Assembly (NCBI RefSeq): GCF_006345805.1
Contig: NW_021835450.1
Coordinates: forward strand, 1 to 44,090
Length of the DNA: 44,090 bases
Source: Octopus sinensis
Lineage: Eukaryota
Direction of reading: 5' to 3'
Position numbers and translations under genes: made by a program. The notes under the pieces are model-generated. The model worked only from the letters and a program-made list of their open reading frames with translations, was not told the origin of the DNA and searched no databases. Shown in pieces: positions 1 to 11,950 of this stretch. The number at the start of each line of letters is the position of its first letter. Within the stretch, counting starts at the first letter, position 1.

Positions 1-925
1 CACACATACACACACGTATGTACGTACACCTATTGCATACATGTTTTTTGTACGCATACAGGATGTCCGTGTGTGTTTGAGTGTGTGTGTGTGTTGCCCA
101 TATATCAACAAAACACTTTTTTCTTCGATGGAAAAAAACAACAAAAGGCTTAACAAACACTTAGTCGTCGCTAGAAGGGGACTTAACACCTGTTTGCAAA
201 CAATGGTGATTTCTTCGACTTGAAAATTGTTAAAAGTTTTGGTTGAAAATTTATTTTTACTACTATTCGCTGGTGACTCTGGGAAAAAAAGTTGACAAAA
301 ATACAGCTTGGATCATGACGAATGTCCTTCTAAAATTGGAGCGACATGCGTCCCAAGTTTTGGACATGCATAAATTATATTCACGTACACACACACGCAC
401 GCACACATACACACACACACACACACATACACACACACACACACGTACACACACACATACACACACACAGACGGGTATGCGGGTATTTTGAAAATACCTC
501 ACGGGTGACGACCGTACCCTGCATAGTTACGGGCTGCCCTCTGATGCAGCATAGCACCCGTTCAACTACCCTGCCAGGAATATAGCGATGTCATGGGACC
601 GCGGCTTCATGATGGATAGTGAAGAGGTGGCGGAAAAGCTCAACTGAGCCAGCGGAAGACTCCAAGAAGGCCAACGGTCAGGATCAATAAGCTTTATCAA
701 GAGATTAGCCGCTACACATCCGCAGGGTGGCGTCCATGGTTGTGCAATCAGTAAAGAAAAGATTCACTGACTCAAGTTCCCACCCAATTCAAATTCATTA
801 TAATGGAATCGGATGGCGACACACAGACATGGGAATCCGCGAAAGCAGCATGACGGTAAGATATATAATTGCATGAATGTATGTATGTGTGTGCATGTGC
901 GCACGGGTAGTTTGTGTGTATACAA

Positions 926-975
<50 letters not shown>

Positions 976-1455
976 ATATATATACATAAACACACATGTA
1001 TATATCCATATATATATATACATCTATATAATATACATACACACACATATATGCACGTATATAGCTATATAATATATATATATGCATGTATATTCGTATA
1101 TATATAGATATATTCATACATACATACATGTGTATGTATGTATGTATATATATATATATAATCTTTTGCCGAACCGTTAAGTTACGGGGACGTAAACACT
1201 CCACCATCGGCTGTCATATATATAGAAACTTGAGTCCATGTGTATCGCATAAGGCTAGGGATGGGAGCGATGACCTCGCCTCGCAAATACTAATCCGACA
1301 CAGAATGTCTGTCGTTAGTCAGCTGGAGCAGATGTCTTCCTGGGGCTATAAACGTCAGTAGCTCTGTCCCGTATAGGATGCCACACTTAGTTGGCAATCA
1401 TATATATTGTCTACACCACCTGTCTTCGTTTTTTTTGTTGTTGTAATTCTCCCTA

Positions 1456-1489
<34 letters not shown>

Positions 1490-1500
1490 ATATATATATA

Positions 1501-2267
1501 CAAAGGGTAAAATTAAGTAATTAGAGTAATCAATAATTTCACCAAGTAGAATTCGGTATGAAAAAAAGGACCATTTCACGGTAAACTTAAGTAATACTTA
1601 TTAATAAGGGTTCAGCAAAGATTTGCTTTACCACATACCGAAGTTTAGAAATAGCAGCCAAAAAATCTTAGCTATTTCTTCTACTTTAAAAAGGGTCTCC
1701 CAGAGAAACCAAAATACTTGAAGATAATCCACACAGGCAGAGAGTAAAGCAACGAAAATCAATCAATATCTAGTCATCCATGGACGCGCGTTTCGGAATT
1801 AGATTGGAATAAAGAATATAGAATTATACTTTACCAACAATTTACCTCATCAGCATGGCATTCCTCAATAATTCGAGGGTACTGAAATAATTGAATATAT
1901 CTCTCCGCCTAACGGTATCAGACAGATCATATTCAGTGTTAGTACCGCTGAATTCAAAATATGAATGAGGTTCGCTTAGCTTCTCCCGCCCATCCGCGTG
2001 TGTCTTCAAGTAAAATACTACAGAAAAAAACCTTCAGTTTGTGCTCAGGGAGAAAATTCTATTATCAATAATAACACAGGGTAAAATTAATTAATTAAGA
2101 AGTAATCAATAATTTCACCAAGTCGAATTCGGTATGAAAAAAGGACCATTTTACGGTAAACTTAAGTAATACTTATTAGAAGAAATAGCTAAAATTTTTT
2201 GGCTGCTATTTCTAAACTTCGGTATGTGGTAAAGCAAATCTTTCTGAACCCTTATTAATAAGTATAT
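1501..2267. mobile_element. Hammerhead-bearing repeat with internal duplication and inversion (probable Penelope-like pLTR remnant)
   Basis: About 1501-1605 is repeated directly at about 2078-2177, and about 1600-1682 is repeated inverted at about 2178-2262. The ribozyme lies between the copies. Confidence 0.55.
1778..1858 (-). ncRNA. Type I hammerhead ribozyme (PLE-type, minimal stem III), core intact
   Basis: Minus strand reads ccatg-CTGATGA-[long imperfect stem II gg...cc]-GAAA-CGCGCG-TC-catgg. Stem I is 5 bp, stem III is the palindrome ACGCGCGT, and there is a GUC cleavage triplet. Confidence 0.85.
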
Positions 2268-2512
2268 ATATAAATGACGGGCTATTTTCAGTTTCCGTCT
2301 ACCAAATCTACTCACATGGCTTTGGTCGGTGCGCATTCATCCATCCGTCAATGCTCTCGGTGTCAGGGGTTGACCTGCTTTCTCTTCTGCGGGTCTTACG
2401 AATAGCAAAGGACCATGTTTCGGACTTCTCCCAAACGCTCAACAAACAAACAAGCAGCAACAGCAACACCTACAACAGCAACAGGTGCAACACCGACAGC
2501 ACGCGCCCATGG

Positions 2513-3116
2513 AAATACCTGGGGTGTGCTGGGAATTCTTTCAAGCAACGTCTTTCCAACCATTTGTACTCCTTCAGAATTCCGGTAAGGAGATACGTAA
2601 CATCGCTGGTCAGTCATGTCTGGCAACTAAGAGACGATGGGATACCATACTCAATCTCATGGGGAAATCCTCGAAAACCCAGGCCCCTATATCAACGGGA
2701 TGAACGTTGCAAGTTATGCATAGATGAATGCATGAGAATCTTAAAAGGCTCGCTCGTACCAGGGAGCATCCTTAACTCCAGAACGGAGATTTTCGGACCA
2801 CGTTTACATTTTAGAAGATTACTGCTAGCGTTTTGGAATCTGCAAGGTGACGGCACAGCCGAAAGGAAACTGATGGCCATGACGGAAAGAAGAAAATCGT
2901 TTGCCTTCGTGATTTTTGGTGACCGCAAGATGGCGCTGCAGCCGGAGCTCGATAGCAAATGGCAAATGGAGATAATCACCTATTGTTTACCTTCCCAACG
3001 ACGCATTTCCCACTTCATATTTTTGAAGAGGTCTTTGGCTAACAGGTTTGGAATCTGATGATTCACCGATGGTCAAACCCCTTATGGATGGGAAACCCAC
3101 AGTAACCCCATAAACC
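2513..3116 (+). mobile_element. Penelope-like element 3' remnant: C-terminal half of a GIY-YIG endonuclease plus 3' region
   Basis: KYLGCAGNSFKQRLSNHLYSF...TSLVSHVWQL...YSISW...RCKLCIDE...LNSRTEIFG..LH fits the YIG / RxxxH / CxLCxxE / LNxR pattern of PLE endonucleases. It has compensating frameshifts and is followed by a hammerhead-like motif. Confidence 0.8.
3045..3116 (+). ncRNA. Degenerate hammerhead ribozyme downstream of a GIY-YIG remnant
   Basis: ggtttggaat-CTGATGA-...-GAAA-C-CCACA-GTA-accccataaacc. The core is intact but stems I and II are eroded (ggttt/aaacc still pairs). Confidence 0.5.
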
Positions 3117-4359
3117 GGCCTCCCCCATTATGATATACATATATATACGTATACATATACGCACACACATATTAATGAGGAGGATAAAGTTTGTGATGGT
3201 GTTGATGGTGTTGGTGGTGATGATGATGTTAGTAACGGTATTGGTTGTGGCGGTAGTGGTACTGGTGGTGGTGGCTGTAGAAGTGATGTAGCAATGATGG
3301 TAGTGGTGAAGATGGGGGTTGGGATGGAGGCGGTGGTGGTAATGATAATGATGGCGAGAAAAAGACGAAGATGGCGGTAGCAACGGTGGCGCACGTGATG
3401 ACGACGATGGTGATAATGATGACATCGTAACTAAGAACCACTTTTTTTTCTAAACACTCCACCCCAACCACACACATTCTCAGTGTTAGTTAATTAGTCA
3501 ATAATGTAATTGTTTCTCATAGATTTATTTAATTACTTGTTTGTCTGGCCTATTTTATTTTAAAAGCTTCTCCTCCCCCTTCGCTCTTCTCATACCAACA
3601 CTCTCGCAGACTACCAGACACTTTCTGGATAATTCCTGTTTCTATTCTAATTCTCTTCTCTCTCTCTCTCTCTCTCTCTCTCCCTCTCTCTCGCTCTCTA
3701 CTCTCTTCTGTTCATTCCCTCTACCTTTTCACCTGCTGCTCCGCTGATTATCCTGAACCAGACAACCAACATACCAAGAAAATCATAAGACTTGGACGTT
3801 TATATATAGAGATTACGTAAAGGGCCCACTTGGTGCAGCTGTTTGGTGATAAAAGCTGGAACACACACGCACACCAGATGCTCTTCCAGCCACTAACATT
3901 CACCGTATCCAAGCAAGGTAGTATTTCCTCATTGTCAGACGTAATTTCATAGAAGACTAGAAACTGAGGAGGCTACTTGTATGATGGTGACTCTGTATGA
4001 TGCCATGTCAAGAAAATGAGATACTAACACACATGTACACTATGTATGTCATTGTTCAATTTTATTCCAAGATTTCTTACCAATAGAGAAAGAACTGGTT
4101 TCTAACCAAGATCCAAGGCTTCTTCATTGGAATTTCAACACCAACAACGGGGTATTTGTGCTTGTATGTATGTATGTATATATGTATGTATGTGTGTATG
4201 TATGTATGTACATATGTATGTATGTATGTATGTATATATGTATGTATGTGTGTATGTATGTATGTATGTATGTATGCATGTATGTATGCATGTATGTGTC
4301 TGTCTGTCTGTCTATCTCTCTCTCTCTCTGTCTATATATATATATATATATATACATAT

Positions 4360-4396
<37 letters not shown>

Positions 4397-4499
4397 CTTT
4401 ATTTTAAGCAGCAGAAAATTCAACAAAATCTGTTACTCTGAGTTTCTCGTTGCCGTTCAGTAACAGATTTTGTTGAATTTTCTGCTGCTTAAAATAAAG
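4397..4499. repeat. Perfect inverted repeat, 41-bp arms, 21-nt loop
   Basis: 4397-4437 is the exact reverse complement of 4459-4499. The ORF track shows MLNFLLLKIK on both strands. Confidence 0.95.
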
Positions 4500-4567
4500 C
4501 ATATTACTCTACCACTGGTATTTGAGTACTTTTTTTCCACCTTGTTTCACATTTATGTGTTTACTCC

Positions 4568-4615
<48 letters not shown>

Positions 4616-4822
4616 TTTATTCTTTTACTTGTTTCAGTCATTGACTGTGGCCATGCTGGAGCACCAACTTTCTGCCTTTAGTGGGAGAGAGAGGGAGTGA
4701 ACACGATATAAAGGAATTGTCGTTGTGAGAGTGCTTTTGATCACTGTCTTCTTAATGAGGCATGACACCCCCCCCCCCAACAACAACAACAAAAACAACA
4801 ACACTATACTGATGTTGAAAAC

Positions 4823-4828
4823 TTTATT
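4823..4828 (-). promoter_or_regulatory. Polyadenylation signal AATAAA of the LRRC46-like gene
   Basis: tttatt at 4823-4828 on the + strand, just 3' of the stop codon on the minus strand. Confidence 0.6.
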
Positions 4829-4875
4829 TATTTTTAAAAAACGGTTTGTTAAAAGACAACACTGCTACAATCTCT

Positions 4876-5037
4876 TCATGATGTATCAATACTGTTAAGG
4901 AATCCTTGTGATGTTGGCGCTTCCTGATCTGTCTCATTGTTTCCATGTAACTGTAATTCCTTATCAGGTAATTGGTCCAAGGAGTCAATTCTTGAATCTT
5001 TGCTTTCTTTGTTGGTACATGTGTATTTCTCTAGAAT
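4876..5037 (-). CDS. LRRC46: LRRC46-like terminal coding exon (ILEKYTC...LNSIDTS*)
   Basis: Long pyrimidine tract plus ttttcccAG acceptor, phase 0, 53 codons then TGA at 4876-4878, with AATAAA about 50 nt further. No recognisable homology in the tail. Confidence 0.7.
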   Translation of the reverse strand: MLEKYTCTNKESKDSRIDSLDQLPDKELQLHGNNETDQEAPTSQGFLNSIDTS

Positions 5038-5044
5038 CTGGGAA

Positions 5045-6380
5045 AACAAGTCAAAGACAAAGATAAGATAAAAAAAGAGTCTAAGAAAGTTTGAAAGATT
5101 TTGAAAATGAGGATCTTGGAAAATTTCAGGAGTTTTAGAAAGGGGGATCTTTGAGGATTTCTAGACAGTAATCTTGGGGGATGTTTTTTGTTTTTAAGGG
5201 AAGATTTTTGAAAAAAAAAAAAGTATTTTAGTGCTTTCCAAAACTTGAGGATTTGGGAGAAATGGGATCTTGGAGAATGTAAGGATATTTGGAAAAAGGG
5301 ATTTCTGTGGATTTTTGAAAAGATTTCTTTGGAAGAATTTTGAAAAGAAGTTTTTTTTTGGAGGGCAGATTTTGAAGGAGTTTTCAAAGACAGTGTTTTG
5401 GGAGACTTTCGAAAATAAATATCGTGGAAGGTTTTACAAAAGAAAGATTTTAGAGTGATTTTTAGAAAATAAAGATCTTGGAGTATTTTTTGCAGAATTT
5501 TTGAAAAAAGAGGATTTTGAAGAATGTTTTTAGAAAGAAAATTTCTGAAAAGGGTCGTTTTGAGGATACTTGAAGAGAAAATTCTCACTGCCTTGTCTGA
5601 TAGACAAGACAGTGTGTTGTGCTTTTGAGTGAGTCATTTTATTTCACTTGACTCAGTCTGCTCAGCTGTAAATAAGGACCAGCATAGTACTGAAGTAAAC
5701 TCCCTTTCAATGTTTGAGATGTAATAATTTTTTAAAATGGTTTTGGAGAATTCATGAAAAAGATTATTTTTGAAGAATTTTGAAAGAAGGGATTTGGGAT
5801 TTGTTGGAGAATTTAGGGAAATTTTTGCAAATGATTTTGTGAAAAGGATTGCCTTGCAGATTTCTGAAAAAGAGAAATTTTAAAGGATTCTTGAAAAGGG
5901 AGATTTTTCAGGATTTTCAAAAAGAAGAAATTTGAAATATATTCAAATGGGAGAATCTTTAACTATTTTCAAAACAACAGTCTTGGATGATTCTATAAAA
6001 GTAGGATTTTTGGAAGTGGAAAATTTGAAATAGCCTTCTAAAAGAGAATCTTGGAGGAATTTTGAAAAGTGGGATTTGCTTTTTCAAAAAGGAGTATCTT
6101 GGAAAACTTTGGTAGGATTTTGTAAAAAATGGGAGCGATCTGTCCATTGAAATAGACGATCTTGGAGGTTATTTTAAAGAAGGATTTCAGAGAAATTTTA
6201 GTAAAAAAAGTGAGAATTTTAGGGTTTTTGAAAGGAAATATCTTGGAGGGTTCTTGGAAGTGGAAGATTTTTGAAAATGATGAATTTTTGAAATGGAGGA
6301 TCTAGATCGAGTTTTTGAAAATAAGGTTTTTGGAAATATTTTAAAAAAGAGTATTTTGGGAGAATTTTCAAAAAGTGTGT
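5045..6380. repeat. Degenerate low-complexity tract (ttttgaaaa / aggatttt motifs)
   Basis: Recurrent short GA/T motifs over about 1.3 kb, which produce the F/K/L/S-rich spurious ORFs. Confidence 0.6.
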
Positions 6381-6779
6381 GTGCAAGAGAGAGAAAGAGA
6401 CAGACAGACAGTTTGTATGTGTGTCAGCACTGTAGCAAGTGCAGGCCACTTATGGAAATTCTCGGGTCTACTGCTCCTCTGTGCCCCTCATGCTCACTAC
6501 CCCTATACAGGCTTATACAGTAAACCCCAAAATGCTGCTTGGGATGGTATGATGCCCTTCCTCTTGCCCCTTCCCAGCTATATTACTGGTACATGTTTGT
6601 GTGCCTGAGTAAAATGTGAAGAAACAGTGTGTGCTTACAGAAAAATAAAGGCAGTACCACAGGGTACCAAAGAAATATATTCAGGAAATGGTGAAATATG
6701 CTCTTCAGATGTTGAGTCTCATCAGGGCGATGACAAGTGACCCTTGGTGATTTGCTGTCAAGCTTAGTGAAGTCGTAGT

Positions 6780-7420
6780 CATGGCCATTACCAGGGACAC
6801 ATAAAAGGCACCTGTGCCATGCCAGAGACACATAAAAGACACCAATGCCAGAGACATGTGAATGGCATCTATGTCAGTTACATGTAAAAGGCACCTGTGC
6901 CACTGACACATAAAAGGCACCCATCCAAGTGACACATGAAGGGCACCCATGCCAGTGGCATGTAAAAGACACCAGTTCTGGTGACACGTGATAGGCATCT
7001 GTGCTAGTAACACATAAAAAGTACCCATGTTGGTGACATGTAAAATGCACTCATGCCAGAGGCACGTTCAAGGTACCTGTACCAGTGACACATAAAAAGC
7101 ACCCATATGAATGACATGTAAAAGGCACTTGTGCCACTGACACATAAAGGGAACCCATCCCAGTGGCGCAGAAGGGCGCCCATGCCAGTGGCATGTAAAA
7201 GACACCAGTTCTGGTGACACGTGATAGGCATCTGTGCTAGTAACACATGAAAGACACCCATCCCAGTGATATGTGAAGGACATGTGCTAGTGACGCATAT
7301 ATAAGAGGCACTCGCACTGGTGAAATGTAAAAGGCCCCCATGCCAGTGACACATAAAAGGCACCTGGGCCAGTGACACATGAGGCACTGATACCAGTGAC
7401 ACATGAAGGGCACATGTGCC
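6780..7420. repeat. About 21-bp minisatellite (ccagtgacacataaaaggcac) with a 233-bp higher-order duplication
   Basis: Tandem unit visible by eye. The block tgtaaaagacaccagttctggtgacacgtgataggcatctgtgctagtaacacat occurs at 6961 and 7194. Confidence 0.8.
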
Positions 7421-7883
7421 AGTGATACATAGAATGCAGCCATGCAGATGACAAAGGTGATGATGAATGACAGGTGACAGAGACTTTTGGTGATTTCTTA
7501 TGCTTTAGAAGACACGTCAAGCCAAGTGAAACCATAGTCATGGCCAGTGCCAGAGATGCATAAAAGTCACCCGGTACACTCTGTGGAGTGGTTGGCATTA
7601 GGAAGGGCATCCAGCCATAGAAACCAAATCAAAACAGACTGAAGCCTGGTGCAGCTCTCCATCTTGCCAATTCCAGTCAAACTGTTTGACTCTTACAGAT
7701 GGAAAACAGATGCTAAATGATGATGATGATGATGATGCACATTTTGGAGAAATTTTTTCAAAATAAAATTTTGAAGAATTTTTAAAAAAAAGGTTTTGGG
7801 TCGCATAATGTTTGAAATGGCTCCTCTTGAATCTTAGACAGCTAAAAGACATTCTCTGTCAGTCACTGAAATTGTAATCTTAC

Positions 7884-8034
7884 GTTAGAAACTTTAGTAG
7901 ATTTATCAGCATCATCATTTTCATCAGAATCATCACTGCGAGTGATGACAAAGCCACATTCCTGTTGTTCTTCTTTACCGACCGGTTGTCCATCTAATTC
8001 ATTCAGATTTTGTAAGTCTTGGATAATTCTGCCT
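7884..8034 (-). CDS. LRRC46: LRRC46-like exon 6, LRRcap plus acidic stretch (GRIIQDLQNLNELDGQPVGKEEQQECGFVITRSDDSDENDDADKSTKVSN)
   Basis: ttctatttgcAG acceptor, GTAAGA donor, 151 nt, phase 2 to 0. YR...L..LDGQPV LRRcap motif. Confidence 0.92.
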
Positions 8035-8053
8035 CTGCAAATAGAAGGGGGTT

Positions 8054-8136
<83 letters not shown>

Positions 8137-8152
8137 AGGAGAGAGAGGAGAG

Positions 8153-8210
<58 letters not shown>

Positions 8211-8397
8211 TGCCTTAAACAAAATAAAAAATATTAATAACGGTGAAGGGAAATTGAAAAGTCCTTACTTAATTATGTCCAGATTCAAAGAGGTGTACCA
8301 GATGATCAGTTGCCAAAAACATAGTTAGTGTGCCTATACTATTATTGTGACCAAGAAGTAATTGTTACATATACATACATACATACACATACATATA

Positions 8398-8850
8398 AGG
8401 GTGTCCCAAAATTAAGGCAACTAACCTATTTCAATTTTGCCATAATAAAATAGTGTTATATTTTGGGTCCAAACATTGTAATGCAATGGTAAAAGAAACA
8501 ATTATGACACTACCATATTTATTTGATGTGACCACCTCTGTTTCAAATATCAGCCTTAAGTCTAGGTGCAGATGCTTCACACTTGGCACACAGCTGTTCT
8601 TGTGGAATCCAAGCCCATTTCTGGTGCAGTTTTGTCTTCAGAGTGTTGACTGAAGAATAAGGAGTGCTCAAGACCCTTATCTCCAAAATGGACCAAACAA
8701 AAAAATCCAGTGAGTTGAGATCAGGCTTCTTGAGGGTCATATATCCTTGCCTATGAACGACAAAATGTTTTTCTGAATCCAGCGTTGTGTCTGTTTAGAG
8801 CTGTGGGATGGTGCTGAGTCCCGTCGGAAACTCTGATGTCCTGTATGGTC
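8398..8850 (-). mobile_element. Tc1/mariner-superfamily transposase C-terminal remnant with right TIR
   Basis: Minus strand gives RDSAPSHSS...PDLNSLDFFVWSILE...SVNTLKTKL..KWAWIP, which fits the QDxAPxH / SPDLNPxD motifs. Ends in TA plus AGGGTGTCCC. Confidence 0.8.
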
Positions 8851-8959
8851 TTACCAAGAGCTTCCATTGCACCTCTATGTGACATGGTGCAATGGAAGCT
8901 ATAAATGGTATGACGTGTTCTTGTTTTTCTCTTCTTTGGGTTGTCCTCAGTTGTATGGG

Positions 8960-9110
8960 TATTATATATATATATATATTATATATATAACATATATATA
9001 TATATCATACATATATATATATATATACATACATATATATATATATATACATACATTACATCATACATACATACATACATACATACATACATACATACAT
9101 ACATACATAC

Positions 9111-9161
<51 letters not shown>

Positions 9162-10120
9162 TCACCTGCACGCGCACACACAGTCATGACAAACACCCAT
9201 ACACTCACACTCACATACGTACACACCAACATAAACACGCACACGCACACACACACCTACACTCCCACACACATACACACGCACCTACATACACACACAC
9301 GCACGCATACACACGCACACACACATACATTACACACGTACACACACACCCACATACACATGCATACACACACACACACAACATGCACGGACACACCCAC
9401 AGACATACACCTATATACACACGCCCACCCCACACGTACATACACACATACACACACGCCCCACACACCTACATACACACACATACATACACACACATAC
9501 ACGGACACACCCACACATACTTACATACATACACCTATACACACACGCCTACATACCTACATACATCACACATGCATACACACACACACATGTACGCACA
9601 TACACACACATATACGCACACACATATATACCCACACACATGCACACACACACACACATACGCACATCATGCATGCATGCACACGCGCACACCTACACGC
9701 ATCCACACCACACAGCGCACGTACACATACATACATACACACACGCATACATACACCCATACACATACATGCATCCGACACACACATACATACACACTCA
9801 CCATACATACACACACACACACACTTACTCACACACCTGTATGTACGCGCACACACATGCACATACACACACTTCCCCACACCCACACGTACATACAATA
9901 CACACTCACACACATACACACACACACACGGACATACATCTATGCACACACATACATACACACATACTCACATACATTCATCGCACACACTGCCACCCAG
10001 ACATACACACAGACACTCACACATCCACACACATACATACGCACTCGCATACTCGCAGGCACGCGCACATACGCACTTACGCCGGCTCGCGTTGCATACG
10101 CGTCGCATACACCTCGCCCT
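8960..10120. repeat. Compound (TA)n/(TACA)n/(CA)n microsatellite field
   Basis: Source of the 418-aa and 345-aa His/Thr/Tyr ORFs, which are not genes. Confidence 0.9.
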
Positions 10121-10881
10121 TGACCTGACGAGACCTCCCGCCCGTTCCTGGGACCGTCGCGTGTCGTTGGGTTTTCCCCCGCCTGTCTCCGCGGTACCAC
10201 TCTTCCATCTTCCCCTCAGCTGAGTCCTTTTTCCTTAACCCCCCCCCCCTTTTTTTCGTTACACACACGCGCACACATATACACACCTTGCCTATATATA
10301 TACATCACTCTTACACACATTCAATCTACTCATTAATACCACCACGACACTGGACACACACACACACTACACTACTACTCAACACACGCTGGCACGCCAC
10401 ATACGCCCCCACCCCTTCCCCTCCCTCCCTTCCTCCTTCCTTCTTTTTCTTACTACTGACCTCCCTCCTCTTCCTTCTTTCCTTCTTTTCTTGTCTGCTA
10501 GCTGACCACTAGTCTCGCCCTACCTCACACGCCTACACACAGACGCACACACTAACACACACCTAGATATTTTTTTATTTTTTTTATTTTTTTTATTTTT
10601 TTTATATTTTTTTTAATTTTTTTTTTATTTTATTTTTTTTTGTTTTTTTTTCTCTCGCCTCACACACACACATACACACAGCACATGCACACACTCACAC
10701 ATACACACACATCTGTTGGGTTACCAACCTGTCTCCACTCTTTTGCCTTTAAAAACCCACTTTGCTCTTGTTATCGTCAACATCCGCCTTCACCATGTGC
10801 AACTCGTAAACACAGTCGTCTTTTTTCTCTTTCCCTGTTGCCCGCTCTGGGATCTTTCTTTCCTCTCTTTCCTTCTTTATG

Positions 10882-10915
10882 TTTCCGACGAAGAGCTTCC
10901 GCTCGAAACGTCATA
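10882..10915 (+). ncRNA. Minimal hammerhead-like variant, core U4 mutated
   Basis: ttt-CCGACGA-A-GAGC-ttcc-GCTC-GAAA-CG-TC-ata. Confidence 0.35.
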
Positions 10916-11131
10916 CCTCCCTGCTTCCATCTCCTGAGCGCTATTAAATAATACTGTATTGGTTCCTGTTGTTGTTGTTTTTTTGTTTCCCCCTTTTTGA
11001 TAAAATTATATAATATATATATATATAGTTTACATCCAAACATGAAAACACAAAGAGAAAACACATCAACGCGAGGATGTGGAACAAGTATAGTATTATT
11101 GGACGCTCAGGAAGGAAGGGAAGAAGGAGGA

Positions 11132-11164
11132 TTTAATGTTTCGAGCGGAGCTCTTCATCAGAAA
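11132..11164 (-). ncRNA. Minimal hammerhead-like variant
   Basis: Minus strand reads ttt-CTGATGA-A-GAGC-tcc-GCTC-GAAA-CA-TT-aaa. It is a diverged inverted copy of the 10882 motif. Confidence 0.4.
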
Positions 11165-11469
11165 CATAGGAAAAGGAAAGATCCAAAGAAGGGAAGACGG
11201 AGAGTAACAGAGTAATAAAGATGGTGGTGATAGTAATGAGTGTGATGATGGTGGTGGTGGGGGGTGATGATGACAATGATGATAACAACAGCAATGACAA
11301 TGATGACAATGATGATGATGATGATAGTGATGATAATGACGGTGGTGATGGTGGCAGTAGTGGCAGTGATGATTTGTGGTAGTGATGATGATGATTATGA
11401 TGCTGATGCCAGTGGTGCTGATGATGATGACTAAAATGAAATGTTTTAGGTAGATGCAAAAATGTTTAC

Positions 11470-11539
11470 CTGTAATCAGGATTGTCACAGCATGGATTAC
11501 CTGACAGGTGAAGAATCATCAAAGATTGCGGGAATTCAT
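11470..11539 (-). CDS. LRRC46: LRRC46-like exon 5 (DEFPQSLMILHLSGNPCCDNPDYR)
   Basis: tctttcttttacAG acceptor, GTAAAC donor, 70 nt, phase 1 to 2. Closely matches the LRRC46 segment DEFPQSLLILNLSGN as I recall it. Confidence 0.95.
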
Positions 11540-11608
11540 CTGTAAAAGAAAGATAAATACATTTCGAATGGCTGACCGATTTTTAGAGCATACACACGCA
11601 TGCATTCC

Positions 11609-11646
<38 letters not shown>

Positions 11647-11838
11647 ATATCGTTCTCTTTGGTGTCAATGTAATTTAATGGAAACAGGCAGAGAGATGGT
11701 GGAATGGTTGGCAGCATTTCATTTGTCATTACGTTCAGAGTTCAGTTTCTGCTGAAGTCAAGTGAGGGGAGAGAGAGAGGGAGTGAAAAAGGTGGGAGAG
11801 GGGGGGGACTAGTAGGCAGGCAGACAGACAGATAGGCT

Positions 11839-11877
<39 letters not shown>

Positions 11878-11909
11878 TTAGATAGATAGATAGACAAAGA
11901 CAGACAGAC

Positions 11910-11950
<41 letters not shown>

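Noticed and set aside
480-860. GC-richer unique-looking stretch
   Set aside because: No recognisable peptide in the frames I checked, and no splice pattern or RNA motif found; left unassigned.
2351-3058. 235-aa ORF as an intact endonuclease gene
   Set aside because: Lacks the GIY half and RT, contains compensating frameshifts, and starts within a SINE fragment; treated as a PLE remnant.
5031-5588. 185-aa minus-strand ORF
   Set aside because: F/K/L/S-biased product of a low-complexity tract in intron 6.
8867-10223. 418-aa and 345-aa His/Thr-rich ORFs
   Set aside because: Translations of (CA)n/(TACA)n microsatellite with no splice or domain evidence. The same applies to the many YI/CV/HT, poly-E/K/S and poly-H ORFs.
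10060-10640. CpG-rich patch followed by irregular poly-T/C runs
   Set aside because: No ORF, RNA motif or repeat identity. It sits at the end of a 1-kb microsatellite and looks like low-accuracy consensus or degenerate sequence.
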